From positions 62,001 to 126,000 of the forward strand of contig RDEW01000040.1 in assembly GCA_011109175.1 (NCBI GenBank): a stretch of DNA of 64,000 nucleotides. Direction: 5' to 3'. The translations under genes and the position numbers were made by a program. The notes beneath the pieces were generated by a model, which saw nothing but the letters and a program-made list of their open reading frames with translations, was not told where the DNA came from and did no database searches. Shown piece by piece: positions 20,790 through 34,149 of this stretch (position 1 is its first letter; the number at the start of each line of letters is the position of its first letter). This DNA is from Dicyema japonicum. Taxonomy: Eukaryota > Animalia > Dicyemida.

Positions 20790-23700
20790 TAATTTAATAA
20801 AGAATTTGATTAGTTTTTTTATATTAAAAAAATTTTTTATAGATAAATTTATCATAAAGTCTAAACTTTCTCCAAAGAATTCAACACCAGTATTTTCAGG
20901 ATTCACAGTAATTCGCCGTGACAGAATTGGCAAACTTGGTGGGGGTCTTCTCACAGTTATCCGCAACGGCATTCCGTTTGAGGACTTACAGTGCTTTACA
21001 CTATGCATTTTGGTGAGGTGGTGACGTGCCTCGTTTCTTGATTGGATCGCAATTGAGGAAAATGTCTAAAAGGCAATGGATACAAAGGATGCATCTCGTC
21101 TAAAAGTCCTTACGTTCAATGCTAGAGGATTATCTACGACCTGGTCGAGGAAGATTCTCTGTGATGACCTGGAGAGATACGACGTTTCTATTGGGTGTCT
21201 ACAAGAGACGAAAGTTACTTGTAGCCTTGATGAAAACTTTGGCGAATATCAAATTATATGTCAGCCGAGCGACTCAAGACATTATGGACTTGGATTTGCC
21301 ATCCACTCAAAGCTGACAAGTGCAGTCCACCGTATATGGAGTGTGAATGACAGGATCTGTGTTATACAAATCCGGCTAAACGACTTACCTCCTTCGAAGA
21401 GCTTTCTGACAATTGTAAATGTTTATGCGCCACACTGCGGGAGAGTAGCGAAAGATCCGACAGAACTAGACGACTTCTATTCAACACTGTTACGGACGTA
21501 CAACGAATATGAGTCGTCATCACTAATACTCATTGCTGGTGATTTGAATGCAAAAGTCGGGATGAAGAATAACCCGGATGATGTTTTCTTGGGAGAACAT
21601 GGACGTGGAATAAGAAATTTACCCGGGACAATACTTGGTCACTTTTGTATGGCAAACAACCTTTTCCTATGCAATACTGCATTTACGCATCCTGCCTGCC
21701 ACAAAACTACGTGGATGGGGAAGCGAAGGAACTCAGAAGGAAAGCTGGTTCCAATATACAACCAAATCGATTATGTCATATGCCGGGCTAAAGACAAACA
21801 CCTACTAGTAAACGCACGTTCATATGAAGGTTCGACGACTGTCAGCGACCACAAGATGGTTATTGCGACCTTCACCCTGAAAAAACATGCCACTAAATAC
21901 AGGAATGCAAAAAATCACGAATTTGAAAAATCAGAGGCGACTACGCGACTGAAAGGCTGATTTCTCAACCGGAGACTACTGAGAGATATCAACAATACAT
22001 TCAGACTAATTTGCAGGACGTATTGGTGGATACCACGCTAGAAGACGCCTGGAAACGCACAAAGGACACCATCAACGAAGCTGCTGAAGCATGTCTTGGC
22101 AAAAGGGAGAATAGTAAAATGCACCTGAAGGCTATTCATCCAGATGTTCCTGAGCTTGCGAAAAGTCTAAAAGAAATAAATATGAGAAAATCAAATGCCA
22201 CTGACACTAATGCGATAAAAGCCCTTCAAGGCGAAAGACAACGTGTCAGAAGAAAAATAAAGGGTCTGAACAAGAAGCTTTTCATAGAAGAAATAGCCTC
22301 CTGTATAGAAGAAGTAAACAAAGTGAAAGACAACGCACAGGTGTACGTCGCTGCCCGTTTGCTGCGGCGAACAAACCGAAGTCGACTAACCATAAAAGAC
22401 GAGAACGGTAAGCTGATACTGAACACCAAAGAACAAACTGAAGCCATCGCGGCTCACTTTGAGAAGCTTTTCAACATCAAAACCATAGAAATCCACCCAT
22501 TTGATGGAAGGCCAAGACCCCTTAAGATACCAATCACGGCCGAGGAAATCAAAACGGCCTGCCGAAAACTCAAGAATAACAGAAGCCCCGGACCAGATGC
22601 GATAAACCCAGAACTACTGAAATACGGCCCTGACCTCCTTTTTGAAAAAATCGCTACACTACTAAATGAAATGTTTTCAACTAACTCAACTCTACCTCTG
22701 GGTACGGGACTACTAATCCCCATACAAAAAACTAACAAAAACAGAGGACCGCTCGAAAATTTGCGACCCATCATACTACTAAATTCATTACGCAAAGTCT
22801 TGGCAAACATTGTGCTTGAACGAATAAAAGGACCTGCTTACAAATACCTACCAGATAGTCAAAGTGGTTTTCGAGAAGGGAGATCCACAGCTGATGCGGT
22901 CTGGAGTCACAGATGGAGGTGTGCAACATATCAAAGATACCGTAACGCCACCAATATTTTGGGAATTGACCTATCAAGAGCTTTTGATACGGTTAACAGG
23001 AACAAATTAATGGGGGTACTGGGCGGATTTCTTGATGAATCGAGTCTAAGGATGATCCGAATTCTACTTTCTAACACTGAGCTCCTTGTGAGAGTCGGAA
23101 AACCTATTCAAGAAAATTTGAAACAAATACGGGCACTCCACAAGGAGACTCTCTTTCTCCTCTACTATTCACAATTTATTTGGAAGCCGCTATGAGGGAA
23201 CTTAGACCGTCATACCAAGGAAAGACGGAAGAAGTAATCTACGCGGACGATGTAGACCTAATTTCTGAAGACAAAGAGGTCCTGGAAAACCTATTAGAAA
23301 AAGCACCAGATGTACTAGGGAAATGGTTTCTTACTGTGAACAGAGAAAAACAGAACTCACAGAGATAAGAAGGATGAGTAACGTCCTAGAAGAGAAGTGG
23401 CGACAAGTAAAGAAACTCGGTTCACTTATGGGAGATAGCGAAGATATTTTACGTAGGAAAACTCTAGCCAATGCTGCGTTATATAAACTGAAGAATTTAT
23501 GGCTCAATCAAAAAGGCATCGACACAAAAATGAGAATCCTACTATACGACTCATTCATAAAACCCGTACTTTTATATAACGCTGGAACTTGGGCGACCTC
23601 ATCAGCGGATATGAAAAAACTAGACTCGTTCCACAGAGGTCAGCTGAGAAAAATAACAGGAACTACTTGGCCTACGAGAATATCTAGGAATGCTTTATAT

Positions 23701-26042
23701 AAGAGATGCAGCACTAGACCTATCAGCTTAGAAGTACTGGAATCCCGATGGAGGCTCTTCGGACACGTGCTGAGGATGGAATTAACTTCCCCACCGAACA
23801 TATCTATGGAAACATACTATGTTAGTAAGAAGGCCGCTATCGGGAAGACCAAGAACAACACTGCCAATAGTCTTACAAAAAGACCTGGTCAGTATAAAAA
23901 AAAACCTAACAAATGCCGACGACCTGGACAGCATGAGAGCCTTGGCTAGGAACAGGGGAGCATGGAAAAGGATGACATCTAACCTTGTTTCTTTTGCTGC
24001 ACATGCGGGGCTATAATTAGTATGGCTCTTGTGAAGTGCTTAAATAATAATAATAATAATACACTATGCTTAAAGTATATGGAAATCTCGAACTTTTGGT
24101 TACCAAAATACGATTCCCAAGGACTATCAATAATAATTGTCAACGCATATCTCCCACCGCTGAGTTCCTGCTCATCCAGTGCTCCCAGACTCACTCCTCT
24201 CGCGTCACTAAAGGATGTGATTATCTGTGGTGACTTCAATGCGAAGCACCCACTGTGGCTGACAGGACAAACCTACGACAAAAGAGGGAAGATGATAATT
24301 GAGGACCTACACAGCCTATGTATACTCAACGATCCTGCATCCCACACAAGAACACCTACTCGACGTAATAATAAACCTTCTTCTATCGGCATTTCATTGT
24401 CATCACCGTCCTTGGCCCCACTTATTGACTGGTCAGTGAAGTATGACACCAGGAGTAACCACAACCCAATATTTTTGGAGGTCAAAACGAGGTCACGGAT
24501 AAATGGACAATGTCCAACAATAACTAACTACAGCCTTGCAAATTGTAGAGGATTCAATAAATACGTCGATAATTGTATTGGACTATTAAATTTCCCCACT
24601 TTTTCCTCCGTCGAACAATTAGTGAAATGGTTCAACTCCATTATAAACGATGCGAAAAAGAAGTACATTCCTATGGGGAGACAACCTACGTCATCAAAAC
24701 GTTTCAACACAACGACGAAACATCTGATCAGAACGAAAAAAATCTAAAGATGGTAAAATCGCCAACAGAAGAGAACATCAGAAAAATACGAGAATTGAAC
24801 AGAGAGATCGACAACAACATAAAGACAGAAAATGCAAATAGATGGACGAGACTATCGAAGGCTCTCTACAAGAACCCACAATGCAGAGAGTGTGGAAATG
24901 GATCAAGAACATCAAAAGATCTTCCCCAGAGAGAAAAGTCTACATAAAACCAGACACTCTGATAAAATATTATACGTCCATATCCTACAATAAGCTATTA
25001 AAAGAACACCAAGTATTCCTGAAAAGATTGAACCGAAACGCTCCGATGACTGGATCCTATTTACTAGTCAGGATGTATTAGCCCATATCTTCAACCTATC
25101 CATTAACACAAATACAATCCCTGAAATATGGAAGAAGTCTCTAATCAAACCTATCCGAAAACCCAACAAACCAATAGATGAACCATCTTCCTATCGACCA
25201 ATATCTATTCTATGTCCGGTCTCAAGGATCCTTGAAAGGCTTGTTTTGGAAAAAATACAGACTCAATCTCAATACATCCAACCCAACACGGATTCCGGGA
25301 TAACCATTCGACGACAACACACCTTACAACCCTCACACAATTCATTGCGGAAGGATTTAACTCCCCAAACCCCATCAGGGACAGTACTTATATCCGTGGA
25401 CATCACAAAAGCGTTCGACTCTGTCCCTAGGAAACTTTTAACAAAGAAAATATTTGAACCACATCCATTCGAACCTGAAACTTTGGCTTGGAAACTTCCT
25501 AAATGGAAGACGAGCACAAGTACTCTGCAACAACATCAAATCAAACTCTCGCACTTCCCAAATGGAGTCCCTCAAGGCTCCCCACTATCACCCCAACTCT
25601 TCAATCTCTACATAAACGACATGCCACAAACCTGTTATGAAAACTGTCTAATCCTCTCCTATGCCCACATATCATTCTTGCTTTCAAGAACAGAAGCATT
25701 CAATCAGCGACTCAGTTGGCTCAACAAATGCTTGACAAACTGGAACTATGGCTCTTGAAGCGGAGACTCGACACATCAGCAACAAAGTCCTCTGTCACGC
25801 TGTTTACCACTTACAAAAGACAGCTCTGTATCGAACCAAAAATCTTTATGAAGAACGAAGCTATTCCTATTAACAAAACACCGAACAGAAATTTTGAACC
25901 GATGCCATGTCCAATGAGAAGAGCTGTTCAGCATTCTCGACGCCGCCGGACTCGTCCTATCCTTTGTCGGTCTGGGATCACTTAGTTAGATGAGAACTTT
26001 TATTTCTTTCTCTTACCCAGTGATCCTGGGGGTAATAATAAT
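20790..26042 (+). mobile_element. Degenerate Ingi/I-like LINE (EN-RT), split by an RTE insertion
   Basis: EN N-terminal part (SKLSPKNSTPVFSGFTVIRRDR..GGGL) before 20997 continues after 24069 (IVNAYLPP, GDFNAKHPLW, SNHNPI). RT motifs YRPIS, DITKAFD, GVPQGSPLSP. 3' end cccagtgatcctgggggtaataataa. Confidence 0.85.
21007..24059 (+). mobile_element. Full-length RTE-clade LINE, second subfamily
   Basis: 10-bp TSD tacactatgc (20997-21006, 24060-24069) and (TAA)n tail. EN and RT motifs as in 10203-13240. About four frameshifts, at least two of them -1 changes in A-runs. Confidence 0.95.
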
Positions 26043-26093
26043 GAGTGAATTACTCAAGTTTTAAAGGTTGAGACATTACCTCCGTGTTATTTC

Positions 26094-26408
26094 ATGACTG
26101 TCTATCAAAGCATCACGCATTACGAAGTCGTTTCAGCTTTGGGTAAGCTCAAGAATGGCAGACCCCCTGGACCGGACAACGTGAATGTAGAATTATTGAA
26201 ATACGCGTCAGACAGGGTGGCTGAGTTAATCTGCACAGTCCTGAATAGAACGTTCAAATGTCACAGTCTATTTGATGCAAGGAATGGCATCTTGATCCCA
26301 ATTCAGAAACCTGGAAAGAAAAGAGGAAATCTAAACAGCCTACTCCCGACTACACTAATGAATACGATAAGGAAAATACTCTCCCTGTTTGTGATGGATC
26401 GTATTTAG
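26094..26408 (+). mobile_element. RTE RT fragment
   Basis: LKNGRPPGPDNV..ELLKY...LIPIQKPGK peptide. Confidence 0.75.
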
Positions 26409-26499
26409 ATCTTTTCCACTCACGTGGCCAAATACCAGTTTCCCAAATTTTTTGAATTTTTTGCAGTGTAACCTCCAGTAGTCTTCTTTATCCTTCCTG

Positions 26500-27600
26500 G
26501 CTGCCTTTTTGAATCCAGAGTTAAGTTTTCTTATCTCGTCTATATTCCAGAGACTTTAGCAGCTTTACGAGCCTCAGCAATGTTTAGGGTGTTGGCAGAG
26601 AGCCACTCAGAGCACTTGGCCGGCGTTTTGTATTTGACATGTTTTATTGCAGCGTTCCTGTTAACCAACTGCACATCATTCCACAATTCATCAGGCACCC
26701 TTCCGTTCAAATCCAGTAATCCAATATTGTGCTTAACTTCCATTGCATATTCTGGTGGTATGTTTGAGACATCGAATTTCTTTACTCGGGGTATTCCAAG
26801 TGTTACTGAATTTCGTCCTAATTTTTGCAAACAAGTAGCTGATGGTCTGTTCCACAGTCTGCCCCTGGATATGTTTTGACGGCTGTTATAGAGCTTTTCC
26901 AACGTTTGGCGCACAAAATATAATCAATCTGGTTCCTAGACATTCCATTAGGCGACGTCCAAGTGTATAATCGTCGTTTGTGCTGTTTGAATTATGTGTT
27001 AGTTATCTGAAATCCATTTCCTGACAGAATTGGACCAGTCGATCCCAGCATCATTTCTTTTCCCCAAACTAAAACTTCCCACAATATCCGTATGTGGCAT
27101 ACACCCAACTTTTGAATTGAAATCCCCCATTATGTAGGTTATGTCCTTTTTGGGTATTAGTTTTAGTCCCTCTTGAAATTCATAATAAAATTGATCAATT
27201 TCGTCATCCTTGCAATAGATGTTGGGGCATACACTTGCATGACTGTAATATTCAATGGTCGTCCACGGACGTGGATTAGTATTATCCGATCATTAAATAT
27301 TCTATGAATTTCAATAGCACGTGCAATTTTCTTTGAAGCAATGAAGGTCACTCCGTTTCTTTCGCATTAATGTTACCAGAATTATATATGACGAAATCAT
27401 CGAAAAAACCACTGTCATCGAGTGAAGTTCACTTACTTCCAATCAAGCCTTCTCATTTCTTTTTTTACGACTCTAGTTTTCCTTCGTTTAAGCCTTTTAC
27501 GTTCCATGTTGCGAAATTGTGAGATTCTGTGTGATGAAGACTCGAGATTTGATGTTTTGCAGTAACGTTGCTTCCAATTAGATCGTAGGAGAGTTTGCTC
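26500..27600 (-). mobile_element. BovB-like RTE endonuclease remnant
   Basis: ATWNVKGL, DRIIL...MQVYAPTS, LGKRNDAG and YPGADCGTDHQLL motifs, interrupted by stops. Confidence 0.75.
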
Positions 27601-27751
27601 ATAAAATTTTCTTGGCATTTAAATACAGGGTAGGTTGCCAGGTCTTTCCCCATCAACAGTTCTTATATTGGAAGTTTCAGAGAATGTATAAACACCACAA
27701 CAACACGTTGTAACAACAATAAAATTCAAAAAAGTTAATATGGTACTATTA

Positions 27752-27930
27752 TTATTAAGGCACTTTCACAAAAGCTATAATGTTTATAGCTTCTCATGTG
27801 CAACACTCAAGTGTCCTATATAGACGATCTGGTTCCACAGTGAAATGTTCACTGATGACGGCGTCACTCGTCAAACCAAAACCTTCAAACGAAATGTACA
27901 GTATCGGGATTCAAACTCGCAACCTTCTAT
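27752..27930 (-). mobile_element. SINE family C (short variant)
   Basis: B-box-like gagtttgaatccc, core gacgccgtcatcagtgaacatttcactg, and RTE-like tail gctataa...gtgaaagtgccttaataataa. Confidence 0.65.
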
Positions 27931-27959
27931 GTATGTTCCTAATAATAATTCCTATAGGT

Positions 27960-28290
27960 AAACCTTTTTGTCTGGGACGTCACCTGCACCGACACGTTTG
28001 CCTCTTGCAACCTATTCCAGAGTGCCTTGGACTCTGCTCTGCCGCTGAGAAGGCCGAGAAGTTGAAACGGGAAAAGTACGCGGTCCTACCCAAGGATTTT
28101 TTTGTTTGTCCCACTCGCCGTTGAGAAGTCTGCTTCCCTTGCGCCTGCGACGGTGAAATTCTTGAGTCCTCTAGGAATCGGATCGCTACGCGATCAGGAG
28201 ACCCTCATGAGCGCTGCTGGTTATTGAGCGAATCTCGCTCGCCATCCTAAGAGGGAATAGCCACGCAGTCAGGGCATCCGCTATATGACT
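27960..28290 (+). mobile_element. CRE-like retrotransposon 3' fragment
   Basis: AEKAEKLKREKY...FVPLAVE...ERISLAILRGNSHAVRASAI*. Confidence 0.8.
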
Positions 28291-28369
28291 ATTTACTTTT
28301 TTTTTTTACCAAATAATTTATTTATTTAAAAAAACCAGAGGTTAACTGCACGTTTGCTTCTCACACTAA

Positions 28370-29260
28370 TCAGATTTGCGAACAAGCGAAATACACAAGG
28401 CGAGATAGTTTCGAGAATATATTTCAAACGGAGATCCCAAGAAGCTCAAACTTTGGATCACCAACTTTTTAAAGTAGACGAAGGGGACGTGTATGCCTCG
28501 GAGGACTGAAATCCATCTCACGTCTCCTCCCCAACGGAGTCCTGCTAGGATCTCCTTTATCTCTTCTCCTGTTAACCTCTTTCTAGCCGATCTCACGACT
28601 CTAGAGTCTTATAATAATGTTTTTATGCGGATGATATTGTTTTGGCTTCGTGAGATCGGGACTTCCAGAAGACCAAAAAAATATCAATTAACCTGGACCG
28701 GCTTAACGTTTTGATAATGAAAAACCAGATCATGGTGAATGCAAAAAAGTTATCTACGTCTCTTTTTTACTTCGGACAAAAGATTTGGAAGGAAGACAGT
28801 CACCCTTAAGTTAAACAAGGTCGACATCCTTTTCAACAGATGTCAAAGGTTCTTGGGTGTCTTAATGGACGTATACAGACAGTACATCGAGCCATGTTTC
28901 TCATATGCATGCGCATCGTGGGACGGTCAATATCTTGTACAAATAACAGGAAGACCGAGGAAATGCAAAAAAGGACTTTCAGAGTAATGGAACGTTGGAT
29001 TTTTGGAGATTACCGAACCAGACCGACGCCTCTGGAAGCCCTTATGAGACTAGACTCCAGATTACGGGTATGCGGTCCATAAAATCAGTCCTTTGAGAGG
29101 AATCCACGAGGAATCATAACAGTGGTTTCATTTGTTTCTGCAAAGAACAAGGAAACCCATCGGGCGATACGATGAGGAGCGTCGATCTTTTATGGACATT
29201 CTACAGAAGACTGCATAAGAAGAGCCCGGAATTGTGCTAGGATCACTTATTAATAGTTTT
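28370..29260 (+). mobile_element. Ingi/I-like LINE RT-3' fragment
   Basis: Same family as 34985-36300 (KLKLWITNF, LPNGV, YIEPCFSYA, PTPLEAL). Confidence 0.75.
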
Positions 29261-29434
29261 AACATACTTCTTGGTGATCTTTAGGTTCCTACAAATCCAC
29301 TTATAAGACTTTTTCCTCGATTTTTTCCATCCCACAGACGATTTTCCTAGCTTTGACATACTCATCATTCATTTTCAATTTAGAAGTTTTTTTGTCAGAA
29401 AACGTTTTTTTTCAATTTAGAAGAAAAGTACGTG

Positions 29435-29590
29435 AACAACATTTATTTAACCCAAGCTTCAATATTTGGTAATCAAGCACAAACAGTCACAACCATTAGT
29501 CCAAGTGAAACATCTGCTTGTGTCGATCCAATAGTCCATTACAACTTCCATTCGAAGGCAGGTGGAAGAGTCTCCTTCTACATGGACAGC
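29435..29590 (-). mobile_element. SINE family B 3' fragment
   Basis: Matches the 3' region of 7130-7550 and 41655-41812. Confidence 0.6.
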
Positions 29591-29699
29591 ATCAAGAAAT
29601 ATATATTTTTCCATAAATGATCTTTTTAATAACAAGAACAACTAAATTAACACATCTAATTTAATTTTCCCATTCAATGGGCAACAAAGTACACCACTA

Positions 29700-29922
29700 A
29701 CAGTCCCCTCATGCATTTCTTCATAGTCATTTGCACTCCTCCGTTCCACTTGGGGTTTACACATCAACGAGGAATTGACGTCTTCTACTTTTTAAGGAGG
29801 TTCTGGATAGACTTGTATCACATTGGAAAGATTCTGTTTCTGTGACAGTGGGAACTGGACATACTTTATTAATTTTTAACTGCTAACTTATTTTTTGTGT
29901 ATCCGGGGTTAATAATAATAAT
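29700..29922 (+). mobile_element. SINE family A 3' fragment
   Basis: Ends tgtgtatccggggttaataataata. Confidence 0.65.
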
Positions 29923-30156
29923 TTTTTCATAGTCAAAAAATGGAAATATCCACAATCTTTCATTTAGTATATTGACAATTTTATTTACAAAAAGGAGTAT
30001 TTAATTTCCTTAATATGCCAAAAAATAATGACTGACTTTATTTCCTTTTTAAACAAAAGTTATAACCACAGAATTATGGATATTTACTATTAGACTGACT
30101 GGAGTCTTCTCGTTCTTTTGTGGTTTTTGATAAAGGTGTCGTAGAACATCCTCCTA

Positions 30157-30461
30157 TTATTATTATTTATTTATTAACCCCGGATACACCGAGAAAGTTA
30201 AAGTAAACAACTAATTAAGTGTATCCAGTTTCCACTTCTACAGAAACAGAGTCCATCCGGAATCAGCATAAAGGTAAGACGTCCATTACATGCAGTTGTG
30301 GAACCCCTCCAGTGGAGTGGGGAAAAGCAAATGATCCTTTTCGTGCCGGCCTGGCACTGGGCGTCACCTAGACAAGTAGATCACATGACGCCACTCTAAT
30401 AGGAAGAGAGAGGAGGAACAGACAAGCAAGCAGAAAACTTCAACCAATTGACCACGCAGCA
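30157..30461 (-). mobile_element. SINE family A
   Basis: Close copy of 4622-4955. 7-bp TSD cctccta (30150-30156, 30462-30468). Confidence 0.88.
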
Positions 30462-30580
30462 CCTCCTAAAGTAGATAATTAATTGAATTACTTTCTGCTT
30501 TGAATTAAAAATTTTTTATATTCACTTTAAATTAATAATTTAATTTTTTTAATTAATTATCAATAATTTTAGCCATACGG

Positions 30581-31280
30581 ATGGGTATTTCTTTAGTGTG
30601 ACAATTTTAGACAATCATTTTTTCGTTGCTGCGGTCTCTTCTAATGAAGATGATGATTCATTTGATTGGCTGGTAAGATTTATTTTTGAATTACTAAGGG
30701 TGATTGTCAACAAGAACTTACAGAAACAAAATACTCCTAATTCACGGAAGCAGTAGTAAAGCCTAAGCCAAAAAAACCCTCAAACGCCTTCACAGCTTGT
30801 CCAGAGATTATAGAAACTGCAGAAGAAGCTCAGATTCGTATTAATGCTGAACAACTTACATCCGAATTGTCTCTAATCGAAGACTTGGCCGTCTCTAAAA
30901 ACAATATCTCAAGCTCTGACATTTCCTCTCTCCTTAAAACCAAATCCTATAAACAGGTGGTCGCAGAAATGGTGACAGAAATCAAGAATGCTACTAAAAA
31001 TCCTATATTTGATGCTTTTCTTGAGACTCTGATAATATCACTGTGTAACATTGGTATATTGTTAGTCATATTTTAGCTAAACACAAAGCCTTACGAAAAT
31101 TGCTAGAAATGTGGCTAATTTAAATGAAAAAGTGGAGGTTTATTTAATATCTTACAATAGGTCACCAAAACGACGAAGGCAACTAAGAAGAAGTCAAAGC
31201 CGAAAGTAAATATGAAGGTTGACGACATGACTTTGATGGAAGATGAAATGAGAGATGATTTGGATGATGATTTTATGTGA
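30581..31280 (+). CDS. EIF3J: Translation initiation factor eIF3 subunit J
   Basis: Acidic N-terminus with DW, FDAFLETLIISLC helix, Lys-rich segment and diagnostic C-terminus DDLDDDFM*. Micro-introns; at least one A-run frameshift (~31100). Confidence 0.8.
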
Positions 31281-32079
31281 TTGTTTGATGATTATAGGTT
31301 TTATTTGTCTTTTTTAAATATTAATTTAGTATTTTTTAACATTATTTCGATAAATTTTTCGCATAAATGACATTAATGATTATTAAATTAAGACGCAAAA
31401 GGAATCTATTTATAGTCAATCTTTCGTGATTGAGAGTACATTGCCTATAATTATTTGTAATATAAATGCTATCAATCAGTCACCCCTCTTCTGGCTGTCC
31501 CTCCCCTTTTGCTGTCAAGGGGAGCGATTTGGGTCTTGTGATCTCATAAGGTTTCGTCGACTATTAAAAGAACACTTGAAAATTCATCTTTCGTATCTTA
31601 TAGTTTCGCATGGGCAGGACAAACGCCTTATTTTACATTAAAGAATAGTGGATTAACTGATCTTGAAGAGGGTTAAGGCTGCTCTTAACTTTTAGTTGCG
31701 TGTGAGTCCCTGAGGTAACTTGTTTTAGTAGTGAGGATTAATAGGCATAATAAATTCACTGTCAATAATTGTGCTGCATGAAATATCAAATTATGTTTAT
31801 CCGAATGTATATCTCACATTTGAACAGTTTATTTTCATAACGCAAAATTATGACGCTATCGTTAAAATATCTTTACTGTCTTTGTTTTCAAAGAATAAAG
31901 TTTTTTTCGAAATCCTATGATGCTATTTTTTCTTTATAATTGCAAAAGGTTCCCTACGTAATAGCAAAAAAGTAAGAAACCTCATTTTCATGCGAACTTT
32001 TAATAAACCACTTTGTTGTCTCCATGGCAGAAATTCAACCTGAAGTTGATTTTGCATCTAAATTTAGAGAGGTTCCTTT

Positions 32080-32480
32080 CTCGAATGATGCAATATCTGA
32101 AAAAGTTCAAGATGGCGATATTTTGTTACAAGGCAATGAAGCGTATTAAAAAAAATCCATGCCCTATAAGTCTCCAGTTTGATGAATCGACTAATGTGAC
32201 ATCAATTTTCCAACTGGTTTTATAAGTAGGCTTTGTCGAAAATGACATTATAATTGAGGATTTTTTTTGTCTTGAACTTTCTAGCAGGACGCTTTGTCAA
32301 GATTTATTTGATATCGTGGATAGCTTCATGAAATCAAATGGAGTAAATTCAGTTCAATTTGTACCCCTGAGTTCTTTTCATGTCTGGTTATCAGTCAGGA
32401 TTTGTTGCTCACTTCAAAAAAGTTAATCCTCCGTCCGATCAAATCATTGTGTACCCCATAGATATCCTTCACGATTCGAT
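32080..32480 (+). mobile_element. hAT (Buster-like) transposase remnant
   Basis: SLQFDESTNV...EDFFCLEL...DIVDSFMK...HCVPHR motifs. Confidence 0.7.
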
Positions 32481-32829
32481 CATAAATTTATGTCGAGGAA
32501 TCCTTGAGTGAACTGTAAAGTTCACAGCAGGCACTCAAAAAAAATTTTGGTGTAATTTAATAATCATCTTTCCATCTATAAACTGCATTTCACTAGAAAA
32601 GTTAACACCTTCCCACAAAACTTAAGGTTGAAGACTACACGTGCAGGTCTCCTTTACCAAACATACCAAACTTTTTAATAAATTTGCAGGACTAAAAGTC
32701 ATGTTGATTTTTTATTTTAAAAATAAAATTCAATAAAAAATTAGTTGTCCCAGAAAAACGAATGAGAAACGTTATTTAACCTTTTTTAAAGTAATTTCTT
32801 CATCTTTAGGGTCTCAGCCTTCTCCGAAG

Positions 32830-33450
32830 CAGAGCCTGTGTTAGTTTCTGTCATAACAAGGTTGGAGGGCGTGAGGCTATCCACACAGGTGGCATCCTAG
32901 GCAAGGTATCTGCCGCTTTCCCATGAGAAGAGAGTTGTTCCGCCAGGTCTTTTGTTGGCTGGGCCATTAACTATTCGTTAAAAAGAGGCTGCGCCATCCA
33001 CCATTTATACAAGACTCATCTAAGGTCCCCTCTTTTCGCAAGTTCTCTTAATTCATCGAGATCATCGACCGTTATTAGTTTTCTACCGACACCCTTTAAC
33101 TCTATATTTAACACGGTAGGTAGAGTCGAAGTACATATTCCACATCCCCAAGAGTGATCCGACTTTCTTATGTCTTTTCTGAGAATTGTCAGATATCCTC
33201 TTGCACGAGTGAATGAAATAAACTCCGTTTTGTCATCGTTTATCTTCAATAACCATTTTTTGAATATATATGAAGACCGTGTACGTATTTGAGCCATTCA
33301 ACGTCTTCAAAATAAAATCCAAATCATCTGCATAGATCAGTTCATAATATTTCCCTTTAATTGACGATCTGAAGTTTCTCAACGCAACCCCAAGATAAAT
33401 AACGGAAAGAATAGGGAAAAGGAGTCGCCTTGTGGAACTCCCCGCGTGGT
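32830..33450 (-). mobile_element. Degenerate RTE RT-3' fragment
   Basis: GVPQGDSFSP and IYADDLDF motifs. Confidence 0.7.
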
Positions 33451-33699
33451 TTAAAAAAGTTCTTTTAAAATTTTAGTCAATATGTCTCTGTGGACAAAAT
33501 CGGTTATAGTAAGCAGCATTGTCAACAACATTAACTCATTTTTTTATTTTCAATCGAACGTCTTTGAAATATTTCTCGCCAGAGTCTGATTGAATCCCTC
33601 CACAATAACTTTGATTAAAAATTTATGCTTACGGAAATTTGTATATGTAATAAAATCTCGCCTAGAACGCCACTTGTGTGAATATTTTTTCTCACTCCA

Positions 33700-33900
33700 A
33701 CCTTGCTATGACTACAACTAACCCAGGTTCAGGCTGAGGCCCTAAAAATGAAGAACTATGAATGTCTCGGTGGACAGTTTATTTTTAAACCAGTCGCTAT
33801 GGAAACGTCAGGAATCATAGAAAGCAAGTCACTGATCCTGCTAAACATGATTGGATGCTAATCATAAAGAGAAATGTGTTCTCAATTATGAGGGTAGCCA
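33700..33900 (+). mobile_element. CRE-like 3' fragment
   Basis: AEALKMKNY...FIFKPVAMETSG peptide. Confidence 0.6.
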
Positions 33901-34149
33901 ATAATTGTTAACTGTTTGTTTTTTTAAATAAATTTATTTGGTCAAAAAAACCAAATTGCTAAAAAACCTGATATCGATGACGGTAAAGAGCCATTTAATG
34001 ACAATTCAGACGACAAACACAACATATTCTTATGAATTAAAAATAATCTTTCCCTACTGGAATCTCTACTGGAGCGAAGCAACCGCCAAATTTCAAATCT
34101 TCAACTTCTAAGCATTATTATTAAGTAAAACGTAACTAAAAGAAAGTTA

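Noticed and set aside
28200-28290. Apparent HDV-like ribozyme fold on the minus strand (repeated at ~2050, ~53950 and ~60930)
   Set aside because: The plus strand encodes the CRE C-terminus ERISLAILRGNSHAV*, so conservation is explained by protein coding. P1.1 and J4/2 also do not fit.
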